This document shows positions 26,747 through 41,358 of a stretch of DNA of 64,000 nt, piece by piece. How positions within the stretch are numbered: position 1 is the stretch's first letter; the number at the start of each line of letters is the position of its first letter. The stretch is from NCBI GenBank assembly GCA_951406725.2, contig OX597822.1, positions 52,824,001 through 52,888,000 on the forward strand, given 5' to 3'. The DNA is from Octopus vulgaris. Taxonomy: Eukaryota. Made by a program: the position numbers and the translations under genes. The notes below the pieces were generated by a model. The model did not search any database and was not told where the DNA came from. It saw nothing but the letters and a program-made list of their open reading frames with translations.

Positions 26747-27265
26747 ATCTGAGCGGTGGCCAGTCACTCAAACTACCGAACAGATGCTATTACGCATAGC
26801 TGCAATTAGCCTCTGAAAACGGGTTGAAAAGGGTCATTGCTTTTATGAGCAATGAAGGTGGCGACAGTCAACCCTATCCAAAGCTTATGACTGATTCAGA
26901 TTGATTAGAGTCCCAGGTTTATGTCCCATGCTCTCTGACTATTGCGTGAGATGAAGGCTGTCCTTCCTATTATAAGCACAAGGCTCGAAGTTTTGGAGGA
27001 GGGGACTAGTCGATTACATCGACCCCAGAATTTCACTGGTACTTAATTTATCGATCCCTAAAGGATGAAAGGCAAATTCGACTTCGGCAGAATTTGAACT
27101 CAGAACGAAGCGACGGGCGAAATACCGCTAAGCATTTCGTCCAGCGTGCTAACGACTCTGCCAAGGCTGTCGTGATATATTAAGTATCGCACACATTTGC
27201 GCTTCTCCGATCAAACACCGATGTCAAGCACCAACATGTTTGCTAACACCAAGGCAACACCCTTA
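26050..27265 (-). mobile_element. Tx1/L1-like LINE RT fragment, interrupted by a SINE (26998-27163)
   Basis: Minus strand LINLNQS...DRVD, YVDDVII (YADD equivalent), KKWAERKLFLKSRAVMVNAYI. Confidence 0.65.
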
Positions 27266-28504
27266 AAATGAATGCTAATTTAATTTATGAGTAATACGCT
27301 GTCAAACGACGTAAGAAAATAGGTATATACAATTGATAGTTAGGTTCAATGTGTGCAGAAACTCTAGTTTTAAATGCAGGAATGTGGTAGCAGCCAAATG
27401 AAGTTTAGCTAGAGGCAATGCACCAATCAAGCTGGTTTGTGTATAATAGAACAAAAGCAAAAACCGGCAGACGACAGGTATCAAGTTAGATTATGACATA
27501 TTTATACAAATGTAACAGATAAAAGGAAAACAAATACGTAGAGAAAAAATAAATGCTTATAAAGGAAAACAGATATTTTATCTTTTAATTGTTTCAGTCA
27601 TTTGACTGCGGCCATGCTGTGGCACCGCCTTGAAGAGCTTTTACTCAAATGAATGAAACCCTGTACTTTTTTTTTCTTTTTCTTTAAGCCTAATACATAT
27701 TCTATCGGTCCCTTTGTCGAACCGCTAAGTTACGGGTACGTAAACACTCCAACACTAGTAATTGATTACTACCATCTTAATTTAAGATTTCCTTTACCAT
27801 ATCTCATTATATCGCTTCGAATTAATCTTGATAGTTTTATGACTATACCCACTAGGATTTCTGTCGACTCCCTTTTTATTTATTTATCTATCTACTTTGT
27901 ATCTATAAAGACTGATACCGGGTATTAACTAAAGGACTATTGATGTTATAGGACATGCTAACTATATACTAATTATAAACTAAGAGGTATAAATATAGGT
28001 TTTAAAAGTTTTTAGTGTTAATCCATACTTGATATTATAGTTTCTTAGGGTTACTTAATTAGAAGGGCTACTTACATAAAGGCCCTTATAAATACTAAGA
28101 TCAGGAGGGTGGAACACATTAGGAAAAGGATAAATAGAGTAATTACTAAAGCCATGATGAAATCTGATCAACTAGGCAGGAAAATACATATGGATAGTAT
28201 ACTAATTCTGTTTAGCATACTATCTATACTATATAGCTTTTATTATATTGTAATATATGCAATGTACTTTAATTTCTAAACTGAAAATATTAAAAGTAAA
28301 TTTCCATCAAAATCAGTTCAAGCACAAAGTTCTACTTTCGAAAATATTTAAAAGTACGGTGACACTATGTATGCATGACACCCTTAAGGTCTAATCTAAT
28401 CTAATCAGGTTGCCTTTATCTTTATGCTTAAAAATTTCATGTTTCCATAGAGCACAGTTCATACTCATATCTACTGTTACTATAAGGCTGTGCTTTTCTT
28501 ATTA

Positions 28505-28645
28505 TTAGGTTGTCCCAAAAGTTCGTAAACACTTGCGAAAATTGAATTTTTACTCGCCAAGTACTAACAAAAACAACAAAAATTATTCCTCAAAATAAAG
28601 ACCATTATTTTCCAAGACTTTCTACGAACTTTTGGGACAACCTTA
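28505..28645. mobile_element. Mariner-type MITE
   Basis: 23-bp TIR TTAGGTTGTCCCAAAAGTTCGTA / TACGAACTTTTGGGACAACCTTA with TA on both sides. Confidence 0.85.
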
Positions 28646-28965
28646 TATTTCCCATTTAAGGATAAAGCCAATTCTGCTTTCCTTCAGTTCCCAAATCTTA
28701 CTAGATAATGACGTACAATTCGCCTTATGTTTAAGTTTAAAGAGGACAAGTGGTTGTACAGTCTTAGGTAAAATTATACTAATATGCCCATCTGTTTTAA
28801 TTTAATTTAATCCTATGTATTTATGCAGCTGAGGATTGCTCTGCATTTAAATTGATGTAATGGTTGCATTGTTCAATTAAATGAAGTCGCTTGAAACGAT
28901 GGTACTGCATTACCTCTGGATATCCTGCTGCTTATTTTGATATATATATATATATATAAATAAAT

Positions 28966-29330
28966 AAAGGAAATGAAGAAAATGCTGACAAAATAATTTA
29001 AGTAAGGGAGAGTGTATTTAATTAGGTGAAAGTTCTTTTTACCGGTTGTGCATTTGTTATGCTTATCAAAAGATATTTTTTTAAGAGAGATAGAGTTCCT
29101 TTCTGATAGATTTTTTTTCTCTTATCTGAAATCTATCAGAAAAAAATCTATCAGAAAGGAACTCTATCTCTCTTAAAAAAATATCTTTTGATAAGCATAA
29201 CAAATGCGCAACCGGTAAAAAGAACTTTCACCTAATTAAATACACTCTCCCTTACTTAAATTATTTTGTCAGCATTTTCTTCATTTCCTTTTTTATCACA
29301 ACTCGTGTTCCACATCTCCTTTTTTAAATA
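28966..29330. mobile_element. Fold-back (arms ~155 bp) plus ~37-bp tail in (TA)n; Penelope-like pLTR with decayed hammerhead
   Basis: Near-perfect inverted arms 28966-29120 / 29138-29291; TCTTT-TGATAA-GCAT aacaa ATGC-GCAA-CCGG-TA-AAAAGA at 29184-29223. Confidence 0.75.
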
Positions 29331-29779
29331 TATATATATATATGATGATGATGATGATATATAACATTCTACGGGTTTCCTCAAGATTGCAGCAAATACC
29401 ACCGTTAATGAAATGCTTCACTTCGTAAAATCTCTAATTAATGTCACAGGTTATATCATGATGACGATTTCTCAAAAGAACGAAATAGTGTTATAAATGA
29501 TTACCACCAACTAGAAATTGTAAGAATTTCGTAATAAATAAGCAACAATAGCAACAACAAATAAGTATGTAAATTCTATGCATCTTTATCCTTGTAAATC
29601 TGTAATTTCAAATTCGAAACCCTAATCTCGCTACATGCTGGAGGCGACGGTCATCTCCCTTGTACTAACTGGCATTATTTGAAGGAATTTCTGTATACAT
29701 GTATAATAACACACATACATATGTATATATGCATGTCTATATGTATAAATATATACATATACATACACGCACACATATA

Positions 29780-31030
29780 TATCCTGTTCTCTCTGCCCTT
29801 CTCTATACATCGGGCAAACGGAACGCCGCTTGGCTGACCGGTTCACGGAACACCTCCGAGACATCCGACTCGGCAATGATACCCCGGTCTCGCGCCATTT
29901 CCGTTTTACCGGTCACACTTTGCAACACCTGTCTGTGTTCGGATTGTCCTTGCACAGGGGCCATCCCGATTCCCGTTTGCGTTGTGAACAGGGATTAATC
30001 TTCTCTCTTCCCTCCTTTACGCTACATGAGCTCAACTCTCCTCCCCTCTTCATCTAACCTCCTCCCTTCTCCTCTTTCCCTCTCACACCTACTTCCTCCG
30101 ACCCACCTCTCCTCTCTTTCTCCGACTCCTACTTCTATTCTTAACTCATACTCTCTTCTCTTCACTCCTACCCACCTTCTCCCTTCCCCTCTCTCTTCAT
30201 CGTCACCGCTCCCTCGTAACCCCACCCCTACACAATCCAATCCCAACTTCCCTATCAATCCCACCCCGCCCCATCCATCCCTAACGCCCACTCCCACATA
30301 CACCACCTCTACCTACTCACATACCCCACCCTCAGCCTAACCTATACCTATTTCTTTACTACCCACAAGGGGCCAAACACAGAGAGGACAGACAAACAGA
30401 TTAAGTCGATTATATCGACCCCAGTGTGTAACTGGTACTCAATTTATCGACCCCGAAAGGATGAAAGGCAAAGTCGACCTCGGCGGAATTTGAACTCAGA
30501 ACGTAACGGCAGACGAAATACGGCTACGCATTTCGCCCGGCGTGCTAACATATCTGCCAGCTCGCCGCCTTCTCTCTTCCCACAGCCTAACCTATACCTC
30601 ACCCTTGCTTTCCCCACTCTCGCGTCCCCCACATCCCAACACCATCACACCACACCACACTCCACTGCTCCATATCCACACACCTACATATACACACACG
30701 CACACGTCAAGGTCACCAGCCCTCTTCCACATGCACGTACATGCTCCCTTATACACACGCACGCGCACCTTCGTTTTGGGATCACCACTACTTTATCTCT
30801 TCCTTCTTCCTAGCTCTCCTGTGTGACCCCTCTGTCCGGCATTCGCCACGATAGATCGCTAGCCACTACACATTCTTTATTTTCTCTCCTTGTTTCTTTC
30901 TGTGTTCCTTTCTATGGAAGAGCGTAGGCTCGAAACGTTAAAGACTTTTCACTTCCCGAGTGTTAAACTAATACATCTGTTTGTTGTCTACACCACCTGT
31001 CTTCGTCTTTTTTTTTTGTAAATTCTCGCC
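29780..31030 (+). mobile_element. 5'-truncated Penelope-like retroelement (GIY-YIG domain plus 3' pLTR), with a SINE inserted
   Basis: ISCSLCPSLYIGQTERRLADRFTEHLRDI...PVSRHF...E..LIFSL...ELN; 3' tail with hammerhead-like motif at 30908-30943; ends in TA. Confidence 0.85.
30347..30569 (-). mobile_element. SINE family A
   Basis: Full-length reverse complement; cagcctaacctatacct occurs on both sides. Confidence 0.9.
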
Positions 31031-31071
31031 ATATATATGTGTATGTGTGTATGCGTGTGTGTGTACATATA

Positions 31072-31455
31072 GAAGCAGGAGTGACTGTGTGGTTAAGTAG
31101 CTTGCTTACCAACCACATGTTTCCGGGTTCAGTCCCAGTGCGTGGCACCTTGGGCAAGTGTCTTCTACTATAGCTTCGATCCAACTACAGCCTTGTGAGT
31201 GGATTTGGTAGACGGAAACTAAAAGAAGTCCGTCGTATATATATATATGTATACATGTATATGTTTGTGTGTCTGTGTTTGTCCCCCATGTTGTCCAACC
31301 GATGTGGGTGTGTTTACGTTCTCGTAACTTAGCGGCTCGGCAAAAGAACTGATAGAATAAGCACTAGACTTACAAATAATAAATCTTGGGGTCGATTTGG
31401 TCGACGAAAGGCGGTGCTCCAGCATGGCCGCAGTCAAATGACTGAAAGAAATAAA
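31072..31455 (+). mobile_element. SINE family B
   Basis: Homologous to 11858-12299. Confidence 0.9.
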
Positions 31456-31499
31456 ATATGCATGCGTGCTTGCGCGCGCATGTATTTGTATAAACATAC

Positions 31500-31567
<68 letters not shown>

Positions 31568-32569
31568 GTCTTTCCTCGAGTCTGATGGAGTCCTAAGGTT
31601 ATTTGTGATGAATTCAGTGAGAAAATTGACGGCTATAAATTATAAGCCGAAGAAAATTATATTGCAATTTTTAATTAGGTTAAGTTATATTTGGAATGCA
31701 AAATACAAAATAGCAACCATGTTAATCAACTCACTTTAGCTTGTAGGTTTGATAAACTCCAACATATTCGGTACAATATTGATTATTATTACTTATTTTT
31801 TAATAAGTACCGAGATTTAGACGTAGAGAGGAAGACGCTAATGATATTATATGCATGTTGGTTTGTAGCTTTTAATTAATATCATTCATTAATTATATTA
31901 GCAGACTTAATGACATTATAGAATTGAAGGTGAAATCCAGGGGGGATTTTGACTCGTTTTAAATAAGGATGATTTGTTACATAGGGTAATAAGATCGTAT
32001 TTTAAAACGAAGACGAGATAAGAGAAATGAAGAGGAAAACAGCGTTGTGTTGCTCATGCATTCTCTCAAATATATATTTATAATCTGGAGAAAATGTAAG
32101 TGTTCTAAGCGGCAATTAAAACCAACTACCTCATATTTTTACGTACGTACGTACGTACGTACGTATGTATGTACGTACGTATGTACGTACGTATGTATGT
32201 ACGTATGTATGTACGTATGTACGTATGTATGTACGCATGTACGTATGTATGTATGTATGTATGTATGTATGTATGTATGTACGAACGTATGTATGTATGT
32301 ATGTACGTATGTACGAACGTATATATGTATGTATGTACGAACGTATGTATGTATGTATGTATGTATGTATGTATGTATGTATGTATGTATGTATGTATGT
32401 ATGTATGTATGTATAGGTGTGGGCATTTTCATGCGCGGATTTTAGAGTCAGCGAGAGTGAGAGAGAGAAACACAGTCGGAGAGACAGAGGAAGCGAGGGA
32501 ATACAATCTATATCTACCTACCTACCTACCTACCTACCTACCTACCTACCTACCTACCTACCTACCTAC

Positions 32570-32612
<43 letters not shown>

Positions 32613-32617
32613 CCTAC

Positions 32618-32691
<74 letters not shown>

Positions 32692-33054
32692 CTCTCTCTC
32701 TCTGTCCGTCCGTCTGTTTCTCTGTCTGGTATCTCTCCCTCTCTCTCTCTCTCTCTCTATTTATTTATCAAGCTGTGTGTGTGTTCATATATGCAAGCGC
32801 GGATGTGTGTTTGAGTGTAGGATTATGTATAAGTATGATTGTGTGTTTTTTTGTTGTTTGTGTGTTTGTGCGTATGTATATGTGAGTGTGTGAACGTATC
32901 CGCCGCCGCCCGTACGTCTGCGAACGTTCCCACTCTAACTTATATGTTTGTATGTATATCTTATAATGTGTGCGAGTGGGTGTTCATGTTTGTATATTTA
33001 TCTATATGTATATAAGTGGGTGTTCATGAATGTGTGTTTGCTATTTGTTTGCGG

Positions 33055-33096
<42 letters not shown>

Positions 33097-33567
33097 TGTG
33101 TGTGGATGCGCATACATCTATGTACGTCTTTATGAGGGAAAGAAGAAATGAAAAATATAACGCATTCATGTATTGGCGTGTCTGAATGTTTGTCAGATGG
33201 GTGTTAAGGGCTCTAAATGTGTAAGAACACTCCATCTTTGATAAATGAAATATGATGCTATTTCCTGAGTACAGCAAACTTAGAGTATCATCTACGACTC
33301 ATCCATCGATCCTAGTAGAGGTTTTACCTTATATATCAACGATTAGAGCCACATAAAAGGCAGATTTATTTATTTTTAAACACCTTAAATCAAACAAATG
33401 AAAACAATTGGCGCTAAGCGTGTAACAATAATAGACACACAGTAGTAAGGGTGTATATATATGCATATACGCATCTACCATAGACGCACAATGCATATCT
33501 ATGTGCACACATATATACAAGTGTGTATGTGTGCGTGTGTATGTATGTATGTGTGTATCATGCATAC

Positions 33568-33599
<32 letters not shown>

Positions 33600-33603
33600 C
33601 ATA

Positions 33604-33900
33604 ACAATAATAAATCTCTGGGCGAGATATAAACAGTAACTGCTCTATAACATAAGAGGGATCAGCCATCTGAATGTGGCTAGGGTCAGGGCGGGGTGGT
33701 GGGGGTGTTACTGATGCATTTAGCCCCAGGCGAACATCGACGTCACCAGAAGAGCTGACACCATCTCGGTAAGGACACCGAGATGGTGTCAGCTCTTCTG
33801 GTGACGTCGATGTTCGCCTGGGGTAAATGCATCAGTAACACCCCCACCACCCCGCCCTGACCCTAGCCGCATTCAGATGGCTGATCCCTCTTATGTTATA
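33604..33900. mobile_element. Fold-back (arms ~125 bp, 6-nt loop) with left-sided ~42-bp tail, in (TA)n
   Basis: 33646-33770 is mirrored by 33777-33900 with about 2 differences; loop aaggac. Confidence 0.8.
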
Positions 33901-33935
33901 TATACATATATATATATATACACACACACACACTC

Positions 33936-34006
<71 letters not shown>

Positions 34007-34140
34007 GGTATGTGGAAAAATACAACATGGACAAGAACGTATAACTCAAGAAGACGATACAATAAACACGGACAGGACATTCGAAACGCTCAGTCTTCAG
34101 TCAAGAACCGGATCATCGTAGTAATTTCGGCTGATTATAC

Positions 34141-34213
<73 letters not shown>

Positions 34214-34218
34214 TATAT

Positions 34219-34380
34219 ACAGGAGTGGCTGTGGTAAGTAGCTTGTTTACCAACCACATGGTTCCGGGTTCAGTCCCACTGCGTGGCACCTTGGGCAAGT
34301 GTCTTCTACTATAGCCTCGGGCCGACCAAAGCCTTGTTAGTGGATTTGGTAGACGGAAACTGAAAGAAGCCCGTCGTATA

Positions 34381-34440
<60 letters not shown>

Positions 34441-34660
34441 TGTGTGTGTTTGTGTGTCTGCGTTTGTCCCCCTAGCATTGCTTGACAACCGATGCTGGTG
34501 TGTTTATGTCCCCGTTACTTAGCGGTTCGGCAAAAGAGACCGATAGAATAAGTGCTGTGCTTACAAAAGAATAAGTCCCGGGGTCGAGTTGCTCGATTAA
34601 AGGCGGTGCTCCAGCATGGCCTTAGTCAAATGACTGAAACAAGCAAGAGTTAAAAGAGTT
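34219..34660 (+). mobile_element. SINE family B (young, full length)
   Basis: Homologous to 11858-12299. Confidence 0.9.
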
Positions 34661-36119
34661 ATATGTATATATACATATATATGTATGTATACACTTACAT
34701 ACATACGCACACATACACACACACATGTACATATATACATATGCACGTTGATATAAGAGTGTGTGCGTGTTTGGTGGATGCATATATGCACATGTGTGTC
34801 TATATTGTTACACGCTTAGCGTCGATCGTTTTCAGTAGCTTCCCCGTCGTCCACAGTAGCAGACCTGGCAGCCCCTATAAACAGCAGTGACAGGTGACAT
34901 CATAAACTATAACGGCAACAACAACAACAACAACAACAGCGGTAGCGACAACGGCCCTAGCTCGGGCATAAACTGGGGTTAATGACACCTCTAGTAGCAG
35001 TGGCAGCTCCCCCCCACACACACACGGATACCGCAATAATGACAGTTATAATAGCAACAACAATAGCAACAACATTAACAACAACAGCGCCTTCTCCATA
35101 ACCGGCAGTGGCGATAACATTACTGACGCCACCACCACCTACCTCCATCATCGCCAGTACCAGCAACCCCGGCTCCAATAACAACACCACCAGTGACAAC
35201 AGCAGCAGCAACACCAACAGCAACAGGTGCAGCTCGACAACACGCGCCCATTGGCTGTACTGGGAATTCTATCACGCAATGTCTCTCCAACTATAGGTAT
35301 TCTTTCAGAGTTCCGGAAAGGGGATACGTATCATAGCTGGGCAGTCACGTCTGGCAACTAAGGGACGATGGGATCCCATACTTGATCTCATGGAAAATCC
35401 TCGAAAACCCGGGCCCCTACATCAACGAGACGAAGCGTTGCAAGTTATGCATAGCTGAACGCGCGAGAATTCTAAAAGACTCACTCGAGCCAGGGAGCAT
35501 CCTTAACTCCAGAACGATTTTTCGGGCCATGTTTACATTTAGGTAAAATTCCTACTAGCGTTTTGGAATCCGCAACTTGGCGGCGCAGCCGGAAGTCAAT
35601 AGCCAATGACAAAGGGAGATAATCCCCTATTGTTTATCATCGTAGTTTTTCGGAGGCTGCAAGACGGCGGCATAGCCGGAAGTCGATAGCCAGTGGCAAA
35701 GGAAGATATTCTCTATTGTTTACCTTCGTGGCGAGGCTTTTCCCCTTCCATATTTTGAAGAGATCTTAGGCCAACAGGTTTTGCTAAAACCTTATAGACG
35801 GGAAACCCAAGGTAATCCCATAAACCGGCCTTGCCTATTAAATTATACGCTGCACTACATCTTAGAGTGTACTTATCTGGATTTATGTTTTCTACAAGCA
35901 CTTGCAGTGTGGAAGGTGTTTATAAGACATTACAAGAAAAAAAAAACACACGCACGCACACACACACACACATACACACACACACACACACACACCGAAA
36001 ACCGTTAGATTCACTTCATTTAAATAAAATTTGTCAAAATATTTCCGTCGCTTTCAGACCGCGACCTGTTCACTGACAAAATTCCGTGCTGCATCTGAGA
36101 AGGTAACGGTTAGTTCATG

Positions 36120-36150
<31 letters not shown>

Positions 36151-36448
36151 TGTATGTATGTATGTATGTATGTATGTATGTATGCATGTATGTATGTATG
36201 TATGTATGTATGTATGTATGTATGTATGCATGCATGCATGTATGCACGTATGTATGTAGGCTTGAAACATTAAAGAATTTTTCAATTCCCGTGCGTTAAA
36301 CTAATACATCTGTTTGTTGTCTACACCACCTGTCTTCGTCTTTTGTGAATTCTCCCCTCACGTATGTATGTATGTATGTATGTATGTATGTATGTATGTA
36401 TGTATGTATGTATGTATGTATATGTGTATGCATGTATGTATGCTTATA

Positions 36449-37712
36449 CAGGAAGCTGGACAAAATAATGGAAACACCCAGCATCAAAGCATCATAAGTT
36501 TGAAAAAATGTATAAAACCGTCAAAAGCTTGTTTATTTTTGTTTTTTGATTTATTACTAGTGTTGCTTAATATGTTTTGCTAAAATTGTTGTTTCTTTCC
36601 AGATATCATCAGAAAAAAATGTAATTAAAATTCATTAAAATGATGATCTATCGGACTTTCAAAGAGGTCAAATTGTTGGTGCTTGTATGCCAGACGCTAG
36701 CGTAACGAAAATAGCCGAAATATTTGGTGAATCAAGAAGTACTGTCTCGAAAGTAATGACAGCTTTTCAGAAAGAGGGAAAAACCTCTTCGTCGACACAA
36801 AATTCCAGGAGAAAACCAAAACTTTCAGATAGGGAGCGTCGGACTCTTACGCAAATTGTTAGAAAGGATCACAAAAGTACAGCTCCCAAAATTACTGCAG
36901 AGCTTAATGACCATCTCGAGAAAACAGTTTTCACAAAAACTGTTCGCTGAGAGCTGCACAAAGCCGGATTTCATAGGAGGGCTGCAATCAAGAAACCACT
37001 ACGTTTAAAAACAAACGTTGCAAAGCGTTTAGAGTGGAGTAAAAACCTACAGAATTGGTCCCTAGAGCAGTGGAAGAATGTTATTTTCTCAGACAAGTTA
37101 TCATTTACCTTATTTCTGCCCACCGGCCGAGTATACGAGTGGAGACAGCCAAAAGAAGTATTTGACCTTCTTTCAACTGTTAAACATGGTGGAGGATCTG
37201 TGATGATCTGGTGAGGCTAGATCTTGGAAATCCGCCGGCCCAAATGGTTTCCCTTCATGCCTGAATTAACAGTGAAGACTATTTAAGCATTCTATCTGAT
37301 CAAATTCATACTATGGTTACAGAACTGTTTCCGGACAGAAACGCAATCTTTCAGGATGATAATGCACCAATTCACACAGCTAAAGTTGTTACTGAATGGC
37401 ACGAGGAACATTCTAGTGAAGTTGAACATCTTATTTGGCCACCACAGTCCCCAGATCTCAATATTATTGAAAATTTACGGTGCATTTTAGAAAAACAAGT
37501 AAGGAGTCGATATCCTCCATCATCACTAGAAGAACTGGAGACTGTTTTCCCTGAAAAATGGACAAAAATTCTTTGGGAAACAATTCAAACTTTGTACGAG
37601 TCTATACTTCGTAGAATTCAAGCTGTAATTACTGCCAAAGGCTCTCCTACTCCATATTAAACTAAATTTGTTTGAAATTTTAAGGTGTTTCCATTATTTT
37701 GTTCAACCCCTG
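36449..37712 (+). mobile_element. Tc1-like DNA transposon (DD36E spacing), decayed transposase
   Basis: TIR CAGG..GCTGGACAAAATAATGGAAACACC / GGTGTTTCCATTATTTTGTTCAACCCCTG with TA flanks; DLSDFQRGQIVG, WKNVIFSD, IFQDDNAPIH, WPPQSPDLNIIE. Confidence 0.92.
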
Positions 37713-37939
37713 TATATGTGTATGTAAGTATGTGTATATGCATATGTGTACATGTGTATGCGTGCATGCCTATACGCATATATGTATGCATGCATGTATG
37801 TAAGTATGTACTTACTGAGTATTTTGGTATGTGTGTAGACGTGTCTGGTGTGTGTACATGTGAACGTATGTTTATGTACTGATATGTGTCTGTTCAAGTT
37901 GTATATATGACTGTTACTCTGTCGAAGGTTGTATTCATA

Positions 37940-37971
<32 letters not shown>

Positions 37972-38242
37972 TGTGTATGTGCGTGTGTGTGTACGTGTCC
38001 TCACCACCGTCTAACGGAGAATGGGTATCTAACGACTTAGATACGTACATGCAAATATAAACCTACACACATATACGTACAAGCACACACAATCATATAA
38101 ACACGTATACACACTCACATATATATGTATAATCTTTAACGTATACACTTATATACGCATATCCATCTACACCTGTCACTATTTTCGCAGACAACGGATA
38201 AAATTTAAAATTTTTTTCATGCAGACATAAACATATACGTGC

Positions 38243-39196
<954 letters not shown>

Positions 39197-39780
39197 TATA
39201 TCTATACACATACTCATACGTGCATGCATGTACACACTCATACGCGCACATATACTCACACAACACATGCACACACACACACACGTAAAATACACCTACA
39301 TCTACAGATACGTATATACATATTAATCTCAGTACACGCATACGATTATATATAACTACGTATATATATTTCAGTATCATGCATCCCAACATGTATGTAT
39401 GGATTTCTACATGTAAGGGGGGATTATAGATGGGTACTCCCGAGTGGAATCTGGGTGTTAACCTATTCGGGTTTACGGTTGAGGGTGGGCTTGTATTCCT
39501 GTATACGGACAGCTTCGGTGACTTGTCTCAGCATTGCATCAGTAGGATGTGGAGATAAGATGTCTAACCTAAATCTGCCTAAGGAGCCAATGAGGCAGTC
39601 TACAGCATGCTGATAGAAGATGGAGTTTGGTTTTATTATTTTTCAATGTAGCTGTTTGTCCAAGTGTTCCTTGAACCTATCAATGATGCTCCAAGAGGTC
39701 TCACCAACACATGACTCTTGGATAATCGCGCAAGTCTCTTCATCGCACTTAATCGGGTATACAGTGTTTTTCTTTTTGCA

Positions 39781-39835
<55 letters not shown>

Positions 39836-39874
39836 GACACACACACACGCACACACACACTTAGAGTGCATTCA

Positions 39875-39914
<40 letters not shown>

Positions 39915-40082
39915 AAAAATATGTGTATTCGTAAAAGTCAAGAAGGAGGATTTCCTTCCGACGGAGAGTTTTTTAATGATAATATTAATATGACAACAAA
40001 AGAATGAATGGAACCTCTATATTATGTAAATAGAGGAATTTATCTATAAATATATAATATAGGAAGATCAGTTAGTTGTCAT

Positions 40083-40135
40083 AATAATACTCAGAGTTTC
40101 AGATGCCGGGGCTAAGAGACATCCTCATCAGTTAA
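40083..40135 (-). ncRNA. Hammerhead ribozyme motif in short fold-back (40090-40210)
   Basis: Minus strand taa-CTGATGA-ggatgtc...ggcatct-GAAA-ctc t gag-TA-ttatt; the mirror arm reads aataa-CTAATGA-ggatgtc...gacattt-GAAAC. Confidence 0.6.
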
Positions 40136-40416
40136 GACAAAAACGCTATGACGTTTTTGTCTTAATAACTAATGAGGATGTCTTTAAGCCCCGACATTTG
40201 AAACACTGAGATGTGGAGGTGCTTATCTCCCCTTTTGCAAACACAAGGACACAAGAAATGTGTCAAGGCCGACAGGAAGCGGTGCTTCCCAGGGCTAAAT
40301 AGCAGTACTGTTCTTAGCTTTCATGCGGCTGTCACATTAAGTTGACAACATACCACCACCTTATCGTGTTACTACTGTATAAATGTCTCTGAGAGATTTA
40401 GGAATGTATTATATAC

Positions 40417-40479
<63 letters not shown>

Positions 40480-41311
40480 CATACACACATATATATATGT
40501 GTGTGTGTATGTATATATACATACGTACACACACACAAACCCCGACATGCCCACACATATATACCATTGCTTCGCAACATGTTGAGCCACAAAACCACAA
40601 TATCATTTAAGATACACACATATACACACACACAAACACATGCACGTATATGTTCACATACATATATGCATGCATATAAATATGTGTATGTGTATAAGAT
40701 ATGTATAATGTAGCTAGCCCCATTAGCCATCATAACCAGAACACAGCGGTCAAGACAACATGGCTAGAAGAACTCAGTATATTTTGTGGGGGCATCCCCT
40801 AGTTTGTGCATGTACCTGATGTGACATAAAATGCCCAGACTGATGCAGCACAATTAGCTGCACAATATTCTACCCTTAACGGACAGTTGCAGGATGGGTC
40901 GAAGCGATCGTCGTACATAATAAAGCCTGGGGCTAAATCTATTTCCCGTTTCCTTCATCCCGAGCGTCAAACTAATGCATCTGCTTGTTGCTCATTCACC
41001 CGTCTTCATCTTTTGTTTTTTTCTGTAAATTTCAACTACACCCCCACCCCTCCACACACATACACACACACACACGCGCGCGCACACATATCTGTGTGTG
41101 TGTGTGTGTGTGCTTTGACTACAGCTTTAGCTCTTATTTCTAGCAATGTAGGTGCTTCTAACACCTTAGTAATATTTAGTGACAATTAGAGTCTTCGCTT
41201 TTGGTAACACATTGCACACTGCTGTCTATATTAATTCTGTCACTTTCTCTCTTTCTCTCTCTCTCTCTCTCTATGTGTGTACACACACACACACACACAT
41301 ACATACATACA

Positions 41312-41358
<47 letters not shown>

